Shown here piece after piece: positions 1-8,624 of a stretch of 64,000 nucleotides of DNA. The stretch spans positions 87,477-151,476 of the forward strand of contig CAVRQC010000006.1 in the NCBI GenBank assembly GCA_963723205.1, given 5' to 3'. Numbering within the stretch: position 1 is the stretch's first letter; each line of letters begins with the position of its first letter. Made by a program: the position numbers and the translations under genes. The DNA comes from an uncultured Ignavibacteriales bacterium. Lineage in GTDB: Bacteria > Bacteroidota > Ignavibacteria > Ignavibacteriales > Ignavibacteriaceae. A model generated the notes under the pieces. That model was given only the letters and a program-made list of their open reading frames with translations, searched no databases and was not told the DNA's origin.

Positions 1-348
1 AAAAAATTAATAGAGATTGATAAGGATACTGAAATAATTTGTTCGGGCATGGGCAATGCTATTTCACTTGAAGATATAGTCTGTGCTGGAAAATTAGTTT
101 CCGAAATTCAAAAATATAAAGAAGAAATTGAACTTTCGGATTCTTCCAGGGCCAGTATTACATTAAACAAATCTTTCGGAAAAAATATACATAAAATGTT
201 AAAAGAAACTGAACATGGGCAAATCTTAATTAAAAATGGATTTGAAAAAGATATTGAATACTGCAGTAAACTCGATTTGTTAGAAGCTGTTCCTGTTTTT
301 TCAAATAATGCGTTAAGATTGTTACCTGCAGTTAAACCTGTTGTTTAG
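1..348 (+). CDS. 2-phosphosulfolactate phosphatase (ComB) family protein, C-terminal fragment; 5' end lies outside the window
   Basis: Frame 1 is open from base 1 (KKLIEIDKDTEIICSGMGNAISLEDIVCAGKLV...). The CSG...SLED..CAG segment resembles the C-terminal half of ComB-family phosphatases as I recall them. Stop at 346-348. Confidence 0.5.
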   Translation, partial: KKLIEIDKDTEIICSGMGNAISLEDIVCAGKLVSEIQKYKEEIELSDSSRASITLNKSFGKNIHKMLKETEHGQILIKNGFEKDIEYCSKLDLLEAVPVFSNNALRLLPAVKPVV

Positions 349-396
349 TATTTGTTGAATTCTATAATTAATATAAAATGTTATTTTTGATTTAAG

Positions 397-2871
397 ATGG
401 CTGCAAAAAAGAGGCAAGTTACTAAGAACAATAAAAGATCAAAGAGTTCAAACGGGAATAACTATTTTACTATTTCTATAGAAAAGAAGAAAAAAATAAT
501 AGGGATATTTTTAATAGTTATTGCGCTTCTTGTATTCTTAAGTATAATTTCTTACTCTCCATTTGATCATTATAAATTTTCGGACCTATTTAAGGTATTC
601 AATTCAAATTCTAATATTTCAGTAAAAGCAAGCGGTGCCTATAACTGGCTCGGCATTCTTGGAGCTTGTATTTCCGATTTCTTTATCAATTCAACCATAG
701 GTTATTTTTCTCTTGTATTTCCAGTTATGGTTTTTATTTGGGGAGTAGCATTCTTAAAAAAAATAAATTTCCATTTCTTAATTTACTCATCCAACTTTTT
801 AATTTTAACCGGATTGATTCTTTCCTCTATATTCGGAGTATTTAAAGTAAAGGATTTAATTAGAGTTAATGAACTTTCAGGAAAAATCGGATATTATTTA
901 GGAGAAATTTTCACAAGACTGCTAGGTGGAATTGGAAGTATTATCTTATTAACAGCTTTTTTTATAGCTCTTTTAATTTTTGCTTTCGATATAAAACTTG
1001 AAAAGGTATTTCATTTTTTTAAAAACATTTTCTCTACTTCTGTAAATAAAGTTAAAGATGAACTGGAAAAAAGCAGGGAGGAAATCGAAAGAGACAAACT
1101 GAAAAAAATACAAAGCCTGCGGGATGAAAAGAAAAAGAAGAAATCATTTTCAAAGAAAAAAGATAATGTTCCGGAAGTTACCCCTGAAGAATTGATGGAA
1201 AGTGAAGCTGAAGAACAGACAAAAATAAGAATTATAAGAAAAGAGGATAACCCTCAACCGCAGGAAGAAAACAAAATAGTATCCGACGAAGATAAAAAAG
1301 TTGATCTCGAAAAAACCGGGGAAATCAAGGTTAAACCGCTGGATAAAAATGAAGAAGCAAATCTTCCCAACCAATGGGAGGAAAAGATTAATTATAAGAA
1401 TCCAAGCCTTGATATTTTAGATCCTCTGCCTGAAGTAGATTTCCAGGTAGCAGAAGAAGAACTAAAAAGAAATGCAGAGCTTTTAAAGGAGAAATTAAAA
1501 TTATTTGATATTCAAATCGAAGATATTTCGGTTACTCCCGGTCCGGTTGTTACACTTTATGAAATTGTTCCAGCACCGGGAGTAAAGATCAGTCGTATTG
1601 TTGGCCTCGAACATGATATCGCTCTTGCACTTGCAGCAAGGGGTATTAGAATTATCGCTCCTATTCCGGGAAAAAGTGCCATTGGTGTTGAAATACCAAA
1701 TGCCGAAGCTTCACTTGTAAACGCAAGATCCGTCCTCGGCAAAATCTCCGAATCAAATATGGAATTGCCCATGGCATTCGGCAAAACAATAAACGGTGAT
1801 GTTTATATGGCGGACCTGGCTAAAATGCCGCACATGTTAATTGCCGGATCGACCGGATCTGGAAAAAGTGTCGGCATAAACATGATTATTGCAAGTATGC
1901 TTTATACCAAGCAGCCTTCCGAAGTTAAGCTGATAATGATAGATCCTAAAAAGATAGAATTATCATTTTATAATAAATTAAGAAAGCATTACCTGGCAGT
2001 CTCCCCTGATCTTGATGAAGAAATAATTACAAATCCGCAAAATGCCGTTCTTCTCTTAAAGTCAGTAGAATATGAAATGGAAAAGCGGTATGATAAGCTG
2101 GCAAAATCAGGTGTAAGAAATATTGTTGATTATAATAAAAAAGTATCCGATCCTAAAAAGAGACCCCATGATACCGAAACTGTAAAACATCACCCGATTC
2201 CCTATTTAATAGTAATTATTGATGAACTTGCAGATTTAATGATAACCGCTGGTAAGGAAGTGGAAGAACCGATCGCAAGACTTGCTCAGTTAGCAAGAGC
2301 TGTCGGAATTCATCTTGTTCTTGCTACTCAAAGACCTTCGGTTAATGTTATAACTGGTGTTATTAAAGCAAACTTTAGCGCACGTGTTGCGTACCAGGTA
2401 GCTACAAAAATAGATTCAAGAACTATCCTTGATATGAATGGTGCAGAACAATTACTAGGTAAAGGTGATATGCTTTTCCTTCCTACAGGTCAGCCTAAAC
2501 CCATTCGTATTCAAAATGCTTTTATATCCACTGATGAAGTTGAAAGATTAACTAATTATATATATTCACAGCCGGCATACTCCAAGCCATATTTTCTGCC
2601 ATCATTGTATGATAAAAAGAAAGAAGCTGCAGCAGGATTTTTATCTGATCTTGATCCTATGTTTGAAGATGCAGCGCGAGTAATAGTAAGGCACCAGCAG
2701 GGGTCGGTTTCTCTTCTTCAGAGAAGATTAAAATTGGGATATTCGAGAGCAGCAAGAATAGTCGATCAGCTTGAAGAAGCTGGTATTGTTGGACCTAATG
2801 ACGGCAGCAAAGCCCGTACAGTTTTGGTTGAAAATGAAGAACAGTTAGAAACAATCATTCGTTCATTATAA
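397..2871 (+). CDS. ftsK: DNA translocase FtsK/SpoIIIE
   Basis: 824 aa. N-terminal multi-TM region and a Lys/Glu-rich linker. Walker A GSTGSGKS, Walker B IIDELADLM, and a C-terminal gamma winged-helix (SVSLLQRRLKLGYSRAARIVDQLEEAGIVGP). Confidence 0.95.
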   Translation: MAAKKRQVTKNNKRSKSSNGNNYFTISIEKKKKIIGIFLIVIALLVFLSIISYSPFDHYKFSDLFKVFNSNSNISVKASGAYNWLGILGACISDFFINSTIGYFSLVFPVMVFIWGVAFLKKINFHFLIYSSNFLILTGLILSSIFGVFKVKDLIRVNELSGKIGYYLGEIFTRLLGGIGSIILLTAFFIALLIFAFDIKLEKVFHFFKNIFSTSVNKVKDELEKSREEIERDKLKKIQSLRDEKKKKKSFSKKKDNVPEVTPEELMESEAEEQTKIRIIRKEDNPQPQEENKIVSDEDKKVDLEKTGEIKVKPLDKNEEANLPNQWEEKINYKNPSLDILDPLPEVDFQVAEEELKRNAELLKEKLKLFDIQIEDISVTPGPVVTLYEIVPAPGVKISRIVGLEHDIALALAARGIRIIAPIPGKSAIGVEIPNAEASLVNARSVLGKISESNMELPMAFGKTINGDVYMADLAKMPHMLIAGSTGSGKSVGINMIIASMLYTKQPSEVKLIMIDPKKIELSFYNKLRKHYLAVSPDLDEEIITNPQNAVLLLKSVEYEMEKRYDKLAKSGVRNIVDYNKKVSDPKKRPHDTETVKHHPIPYLIVIIDELADLMITAGKEVEEPIARLAQLARAVGIHLVLATQRPSVNVITGVIKANFSARVAYQVATKIDSRTILDMNGAEQLLGKGDMLFLPTGQPKPIRIQNAFISTDEVERLTNYIYSQPAYSKPYFLPSLYDKKKEAAAGFLSDLDPMFEDAARVIVRHQQGSVSLLQRRLKLGYSRAARIVDQLEEAGIVGPNDGSKARTVLVENEEQLETIIRSL

Positions 2872-2879
2872 AAGAGTAA

Positions 2880-3704
2880 TTAAATTATAAGTGTCTCCAG
2901 ATCAACTTTATGTACTTCCATAACAGGCTTCCCTAAAAATAATTCTGCAACTTCTTTAAACTTTACAGGTATATCACTCACGTAAAATTCATGGTTGCCG
3001 TTCGTATTCCTGTTGGTATATAGATTTGTCCTGTCTAGTTCTTCCTTTATTATTCCCGCTGAAGCAACTCCGGAATCAATCAGCGTTACATTATCACCTA
3101 TTACCTTTTGTATAACTTCTGATAAAATCGGATAGTGAGTGCAGCCTAGAACCAAAGTATCAATCTTTAGATTTCTTAATTCTTTTAAATATTCTTCAGC
3201 TATTTCATAAGTTGCTTTATGATTTATCCATCCTTCCTCAGCCAAAGGAACAAATAACGGACAAGCTTTTTCATAAACAATTATTGAATGATCTATTTTT
3301 CTTATTTCATTAGAATAAGCTTTATTGCTGATTGTTGCTCTTGTTCCAATTACACCTATGTTACCATTTTTTGTAGAGCTAATTGCTAACTTAGCACCCG
3401 GATTAATCATACCTATAATAGGGAGATCAAAATTTTTCTTTAATTCGGCTATCGCTATTGATGACGCAGTATTGCATGCTACAACAACAGCCTTAACGCT
3501 TTTACTGAGTAAAAATTTTGTGTCCTGAAAAGAATATTCTATTACTGTTGAATTTGACTTGGAGCCATAAGGCACCCGGGCTGTATCTCCAAAATATACA
3601 ATATCTTCAGCGGGAAGAGTTGAAGCTAATCTTTTAACTACAGTTAAACCACCAATCCCTGAATCAAATACTCCGATCGGTTTTTCTTTGTCTACGAAAT
3701 TCAT
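2880..3704 (-). CDS. murI: glutamate racemase
   Basis: 274 aa with GVFDSGIGGLTV, the first catalytic Cys motif VVACNTAS and the second, LGCTHYP. Confidence 0.95.
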   Translation of the reverse strand: MNFVDKEKPIGVFDSGIGGLTVVKRLASTLPAEDIVYFGDTARVPYGSKSNSTVIEYSFQDTKFLLSKSVKAVVVACNTASSIAIAELKKNFDLPIIGMINPGAKLAISSTKNGNIGVIGTRATISNKAYSNEIRKIDHSIIVYEKACPLFVPLAEEGWINHKATYEIAEEYLKELRNLKIDTLVLGCTHYPILSEVIQKVIGDNVTLIDSGVASAGIIKEELDRTNLYTNRNTNGNHEFYVSDIPVKFKEVAELFLGKPVMEVHKVDLETLII

Positions 3705-3806
3705 TTATATATTATAATTATTAGTAATATATCTTAAATTGCTAAAATGCTGCATTGTTATGTTGTCCGCATAAGGTTTATGCATAACAGCCTTCAGTTG
3801 AAAAAC

Positions 3807-6380
3807 TTAAAGCATTTGAGAGATTGTTCCTGTTAATTCAGCCCTGATAAGATCATAACCATTTTGAGAGATTTTTTTTCCATCACGATCAAGGACATAA
3901 AAAGAATCGACTATATCATCACCTTTTGTAGAAATTTTAGCAAAGTAAATCATTAAACCAAGTTCATTCATTTTTGATGTAACCCTGTACAGAAACCCTA
4001 ACCTGTCCGGTGAAAAGACATCTATAATTGTATACTTTTCATGCTTTTCAAATGCGATTTTTATTTTACCTGATCTTTTAAAGAATTTACTTTCAATTCT
4101 CCACCACTTTGATTTCATTTTTGCAACTTCTTTATTCAGCTGCAGCATCCCGTTTAAAACATTATTTAAATCACTGGTTATTTTATCATACCTTGCAGGT
4201 TCTATTTTTCTGCCAGTTCTGAAATCAGTTACATTAAATGTATCAATAACTATATCATCTTTACGTGTAAAGATTTTTGCATCATGAATATTTGCATCGT
4301 TAATTGAAAGAACACCACAGACCTTTGAAAGCAGCGCAGGAAAATCTGTTGTAATAACTGTAATGTTCGTAAAATCACTAATCTCTTTGTACATAGTCGA
4401 GAGCTTAGTCCCTTTCAGTATCTCTTCAACATGTTGTGCTATTTCTTTATCCGAAAATTGATGAGCATAGGCAACATCATTTATAGAATCAATATGTTCC
4501 TGGACATGATCGTCGGAAATATTCGGTGAATACTTACTGATTTCCTGTGGAATCACATAAGTACTTGAGACCAATAATTCTTCTCCGGTTATTTGATCTT
4601 CGAGCATCGATTTGGATTTTCTATAAAGTTCAGAAAGCAATTCGCTTTTCCATGATGTCCACACTGCAGGATTAACCGCCGAGAGATCAGCATAAGTAAC
4701 CAGGTAAAGTAAATCCAGATACTTTGTTGAAGGAAATCTTGAAGTAAAATTATTCAATGTTTCAGGATCATTTAAATTTCTTCTGAAAGCAACCTGCTCC
4801 ATAATAAGGTGGTTATGCACAAGGAAAGTGACCATATCAATTTCTTCTTCACTGTAACCGAGTCTGTGCATAATTGACGATGCCATTTCTGTCCCTATAA
4901 TTTCATGCCCGGCAATATCTATTGGTTTAGCTATATCATGAAGAAGCAGACCAAGGTATAGCATTTCCCTCTCTTTTAAGGTATTAAATAATTTTCCGAG
5001 AGTAGATATATCCTTTTCAAGCTTCTCAACATTCTGAATAGTAATGAGTGTATGTTCATCGGCAGTGTAGCAATGATAAACACCATGCTGCATAAAACCT
5101 ACAAGGTCTTTAAATTCCGGGAGAAATACGGACAAAACCCCTAATTCATTCATTACCGTAAGTGTCTGCCCTACATTTTTGGGCAGTTTCAGAATTTCTC
5201 TGAAAAAAACAGATGATTCTGAAGCTATTAAATCTGATTCAGAAAAATTTCCCATCTCTTCAATAATTACCGATCTCAAATTCTCATCAAAATGTGCAGT
5301 ATGTAAGCCTCGATAATAAAAAGCTCTTAAGATATCTGAAAGTGAAAGCTTTATTTTAGGATTTGTTAATGAAATAGTTTTTCCTTTTAATACAAAATCA
5401 TCATCAAGATAAATTGCCAGAGAATCGGGTAAAGGATTTGAAATTTCATCCTGGAATCTTTTAAGCATTGATTTGGAAAAACGGTTTATGATATTTGCAG
5501 CTTTAAAATATTCTTTCATGAAAAGTTCAAGAGCATCACCCTGGCTATAGAACATTTCTGATATTTTTATTTGTGCATTAAATTCAAACCTGTCATTTTT
5601 CTGATTTTGAAACAGATGAAGAAGATTTCTAACTGCAATTATCAGCTTGTAACTTTGAAGCAGGCGGTTACACTCACTGTGTGTTGTATAATCATTTTTC
5701 CTTAAAATATCTATAAAGATTTCTGTCTGTGAGGCTTCGATCTGTTTATTAAGAAGGGTTTTATTTTTTAGTATATACATCCATTCAATTACCTGGAAAT
5801 CTCTTAGACCTCCGGCGGATAATTTTACATTCGGCTCAAGGGTTTTAGGAGATTCTCCATACTTTGTATACCTGTCTTCGGTATCAGCAAGAAATTCATC
5901 TAAAATTTTTGATGTTGCTTTGTTATCTATAAAAGTAAATATCTCTTCATTCCATCTGTTGTATATTTTATCGGAACCATAAATAAAGCGTGTTTCAAAA
6001 AACTGTGTAAATGTATGCAGGTCTTCATGCAGGTATTTCTTTATATCTGAAAATTCTCTAAGGGTATGAGAAACTTCGATACCATTATCCCAGAACTTCG
6101 TAATCAGTTCGGTAATATCTGCTTTATTTTTATCAATCGACTCTGCAATAAACATTATATCAATGTCCGAATACGGTGATAATTCCCTTCTGCCGAAACT
6201 GCCGCAGGATGCTATTGCGAAATCATACTTCTTACCAACTAAAAGTGAACGGACAAAATCTTCCACGAGAAGGCTGTACTCTAAACTAAATTTTAAAGCA
6301 TCCATCTGGATGGGATTTTGCTGGAAAAGCTTTTTTCGATTATTGAAAAATATTTCTTTTGAGCTTAAAACTTGTGTCAT
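3807..6380 (-). CDS. glnD: [protein-PII] uridylyltransferase/uridylyl-removing enzyme
   Basis: 857 aa. N-terminal nucleotidyltransferase motif GSFGRRELSPYSDIDIMF, central HD domain (LLLHDIAKP) and two C-terminal ACT-like segments. Confidence 0.85.
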   Translation of the reverse strand: MTQVLSSKEIFFNNRKKLFQQNPIQMDALKFSLEYSLLVEDFVRSLLVGKKYDFAIASCGSFGRRELSPYSDIDIMFIAESIDKNKADITELITKFWDNGIEVSHTLREFSDIKKYLHEDLHTFTQFFETRFIYGSDKIYNRWNEEIFTFIDNKATSKILDEFLADTEDRYTKYGESPKTLEPNVKLSAGGLRDFQVIEWMYILKNKTLLNKQIEASQTEIFIDILRKNDYTTHSECNRLLQSYKLIIAVRNLLHLFQNQKNDRFEFNAQIKISEMFYSQGDALELFMKEYFKAANIINRFSKSMLKRFQDEISNPLPDSLAIYLDDDFVLKGKTISLTNPKIKLSLSDILRAFYYRGLHTAHFDENLRSVIIEEMGNFSESDLIASESSVFFREILKLPKNVGQTLTVMNELGVLSVFLPEFKDLVGFMQHGVYHCYTADEHTLITIQNVEKLEKDISTLGKLFNTLKEREMLYLGLLLHDIAKPIDIAGHEIIGTEMASSIMHRLGYSEEEIDMVTFLVHNHLIMEQVAFRRNLNDPETLNNFTSRFPSTKYLDLLYLVTYADLSAVNPAVWTSWKSELLSELYRKSKSMLEDQITGEELLVSSTYVIPQEISKYSPNISDDHVQEHIDSINDVAYAHQFSDKEIAQHVEEILKGTKLSTMYKEISDFTNITVITTDFPALLSKVCGVLSINDANIHDAKIFTRKDDIVIDTFNVTDFRTGRKIEPARYDKITSDLNNVLNGMLQLNKEVAKMKSKWWRIESKFFKRSGKIKIAFEKHEKYTIIDVFSPDRLGFLYRVTSKMNELGLMIYFAKISTKGDDIVDSFYVLDRDGKKISQNGYDLIRAELTGTISQML

Positions 6381-6394
6381 AAACAGAGTCTGAA

Positions 6395-6772
6395 TTAATT
6401 ATAATTTTCAGTATAATAGTCTTCTTTTGAATATTCTGCCTCGATAGTTGAAGATATACCACCTCTCACATTAAATTCTGCGGTAATCCTCATATATCTT
6501 GGCCGACATACCTTAACCAGGTCATCAAGAATTTTGTTTGTTGCACTTTCAAAATAAATTCCATCATTCCTGTACGAGTTCAAATAAAACTTTAATGATT
6601 TTAATTCAATACATAATTGATCCGGAATATATTCTACAGTTATAGTTGCAAAATCCGGCTGTCCGGTTTTAGGGCATAATGAAGTAAATTCAGGGGCTTC
6701 ATGATAAATTGTATAATCCCTGTTCGGATATTGATTGTTAAAAACTTCCAATATTTTTAATTTTTCACTCAT
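6395..6772 (-). CDS. queF: NADPH-dependent 7-cyano-7-deazaguanine (preQ0) reductase, unimodular type
   Basis: 125 aa. Catalytic Cys motif [14 protein letters not shown] and QueF motif ELKSLKFYL. Lies 16 nt downstream of queC. Confidence 0.9.
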   Translation of the reverse strand: MSEKLKILEVFNNQYPNRDYTIYHEAPEFTSLCPKTGQPDFATITVEYIPDQLCIELKSLKFYLNSYRNDGIYFESATNKILDDLVKVCRPRYMRITAEFNVRGGISSTIEAEYSKEDYYTENYN

Positions 6773-6788
6773 TTTAACAATTTCCTTT

Positions 6789-7478
6789 CTAAATGTAACT
6801 CAACCTAACCTTATATTTTATAGGATCTTCAATACCTGCCTTTTGAAAACCTCTTAACCTTAGAGCACAGCTGTCACAAACTCCGCATGCTTCATCTTCA
6901 TTTTGATAGCAGGACCAGGTTAAATTTAAAGGAGCGTTAAGTTCAATTCCTTTCTTAACAATATCTTCTTTAGAAAAATGAATAATTGGTGCAACTATTA
7001 CAATCTTTGTTTCAGGTTTTGTCCCAAAGTCAATCATTTTTTCAAAAGCATTAAAAAATTCCGGTCTGCAATCAGGATAACCTGAAGAATCTTCATAAAC
7101 AGCTCCAACAAAAATTGCTTCTGCTCCAATTACTTCTGCCCAGCTGACACATACAGATAAAATATTTGCATTTCTAAAAGGAACATATGAAGACGGAATT
7201 TCTTTGGATAATAAATTTGCTTCACTTACTTTTATATCCTTATCCGTTAATGATGAACCCCCGATTTTTGCTAAATGTGCAAAATCAACAACCAAAGTAT
7301 TTTTCACACCGCAAAAATCAGCAATATCGTAAAACGATTTCAATTCTCTTTTTTCTGTTCTTTGCCCATAATTAATATGGGCAAAAGAAAGATCATAATC
7401 TTCCTTCGCGATAGCTGCTGTAACGCAACTATCCATTCCGCCGCTGACTGCTACAATTGCTTTTTTCTTATTATTCAT
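6789..7478 (-). CDS. queC: 7-cyano-7-deazaguanine synthase
   Basis: 229 aa. PP-loop AVSGGMDS and a C-terminal zinc cluster CYQ...[10 protein letters not shown]. Confidence 0.93.
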   Translation of the reverse strand: MNNKKKAIVAVSGGMDSCVTAAIAKEDYDLSFAHINYGQRTEKRELKSFYDIADFCGVKNTLVVDFAHLAKIGGSSLTDKDIKVSEANLLSKEIPSSYVPFRNANILSVCVSWAEVIGAEAIFVGAVYEDSSGYPDCRPEFFNAFEKMIDFGTKPETKIVIVAPIIHFSKEDIVKKGIELNAPLNLTWSCYQNEDEACGVCDSCALRLRGFQKAGIEDPIKYKVRLSYI

Positions 7479-7535
7479 ATTTAAAATTAAATAGTTAATT
7501 TAATAAAATAACATTTTACAAAGAAATAGTGGAAA

Positions 7536-7566
7536 GACGCCAGTCACTTTTAAAGTGACCGGCATC
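7536..7566 (-). promoter_or_regulatory. strong hairpin in the queC 5' leader (terminator/attenuator-like on the minus strand)
   Basis: On the minus strand, GATGCCGGTCACTTT/AAAGTGACTGGCGTC forms a stem of about 13-15 bp (2 G:U). It is followed by TTTCCACTATTTCTTTG and sits about 60 nt upstream of the queC ATG. Both flanking genes (queC and tpiA) diverge, so it cannot be a gene-end terminator. Confidence 0.35.
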
Positions 7567-7688
7567 TAGCCCATAATACAATAATAACATTATATAAAAA
7601 AATTTAATCCTTAATTGCCGCTGAAAATCATCTTTCGTAAGTTTGTTTTGAATTTTTTATTCTTTTATACAAAAATCATGAGGAAATA

Positions 7689-8441
7689 ATGAGAAGAAAA
7701 ATCATTGCCGGAAACTGGAAAATGAATAATGATTTAAACGGAACTATAAGTTTAATTTCAAACCTGGCAAAAGCTTTAAATAACAATGAAAATTGTGATA
7801 TAATTGTTTGCCCTCCATTTACATCATTAAGTGAAGCAAATTCTCAAATCAAAAATACAGCTATCAAATTGGGTGCTCAAAACATGTATTTTGAGAATGA
7901 AGGAGCCTATACTGGAGAAATATCGGCACAAATGCTTAAGAGTGTCGGTTGTGAATTTGTAATATTGGGACATTCAGAAAGAAGAGCAATATTTAATGAA
8001 TCTGATTCATTAATCAACAAAAAAATAAAAAAAGCCTTCTCTTCTGGTTTAAAACCAATTTTCTGTGTAGGTGAAAGCCTGGAACAACGTGAAAAAGGAG
8101 TAACAAAAGATATTATCAAGACACAGGTTACTGAAGGATTGAAAGATATATCTTCAGAAGAGATGAAAACATTAATAATAGCTTATGAACCCGTTTGGGC
8201 AATTGGTACGGGCAAGAATGCAACCCCCGAACAAGCCCAGGAAGTTCATGAATTTATCAGATCTTTAATTCAGGAAAAATATTCGGAAGATATTGCAGAT
8301 AATATGATTATCCAGTATGGCGGCAGTGTAAAACCGGGTAATGCAAAAAACCTTCTTTCTCAAAAGGATATTGATGGTGCTCTTGTCGGAGGCGCCAGTC
8401 TTAAAGCCGACTCGTTTTTAGGAATTATTCAGGCTGCTTAA
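7689..8441 (+). CDS. tpiA: triosephosphate isomerase
   Basis: 250 aa with IAGNWKMN, GHSERR, AYEPVWAIGTG and YGGSVKP motifs. Confidence 0.95.
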   Translation: MRRKIIAGNWKMNNDLNGTISLISNLAKALNNNENCDIIVCPPFTSLSEANSQIKNTAIKLGAQNMYFENEGAYTGEISAQMLKSVGCEFVILGHSERRAIFNESDSLINKKIKKAFSSGLKPIFCVGESLEQREKGVTKDIIKTQVTEGLKDISSEEMKTLIIAYEPVWAIGTGKNATPEQAQEVHEFIRSLIQEKYSEDIADNMIIQYGGSVKPGNAKNLLSQKDIDGALVGGASLKADSFLGIIQAA

Positions 8442-8510
8442 ATTCACTAAATCATAGTTATTAATTTTAAAGCCCAAGGTATGATAAAGGAATCATAAAT
8501 TTTTTTAAAA

Positions 8511-8555
8511 AGCCAGTAATTTGCTTCATAAAAGCAGTTATTGGCTGAATTTTTG
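8511..8555 (+). terminator. rho-independent terminator candidate after tpiA
   Basis: AGCCAGTAATTTGCTT-cataa-AAGCAGTTATTGGCT gives about 15 bp with one bulge and two G:U pairs. It is followed by GAATTTTT. Confidence 0.6.
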
Positions 8556-8624
8556 ATTGATTTCCCCTCCCTTCTTTAGTATATTTGTAGGTTTAATTTC
8601 TTATTACGAAGGTCTGAGCTACGG

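Noticed and set aside
7479-7600. Expected preQ1 riboswitch upstream of queC
   Set aside because: Reading the minus strand, I found no short P1 stem followed by CCC and an A-rich tail ending in CUA (preQ1-I), nor anything I could match to classes II or III. Only the unexplained hairpin is reported, and a covariance-model scan is needed.
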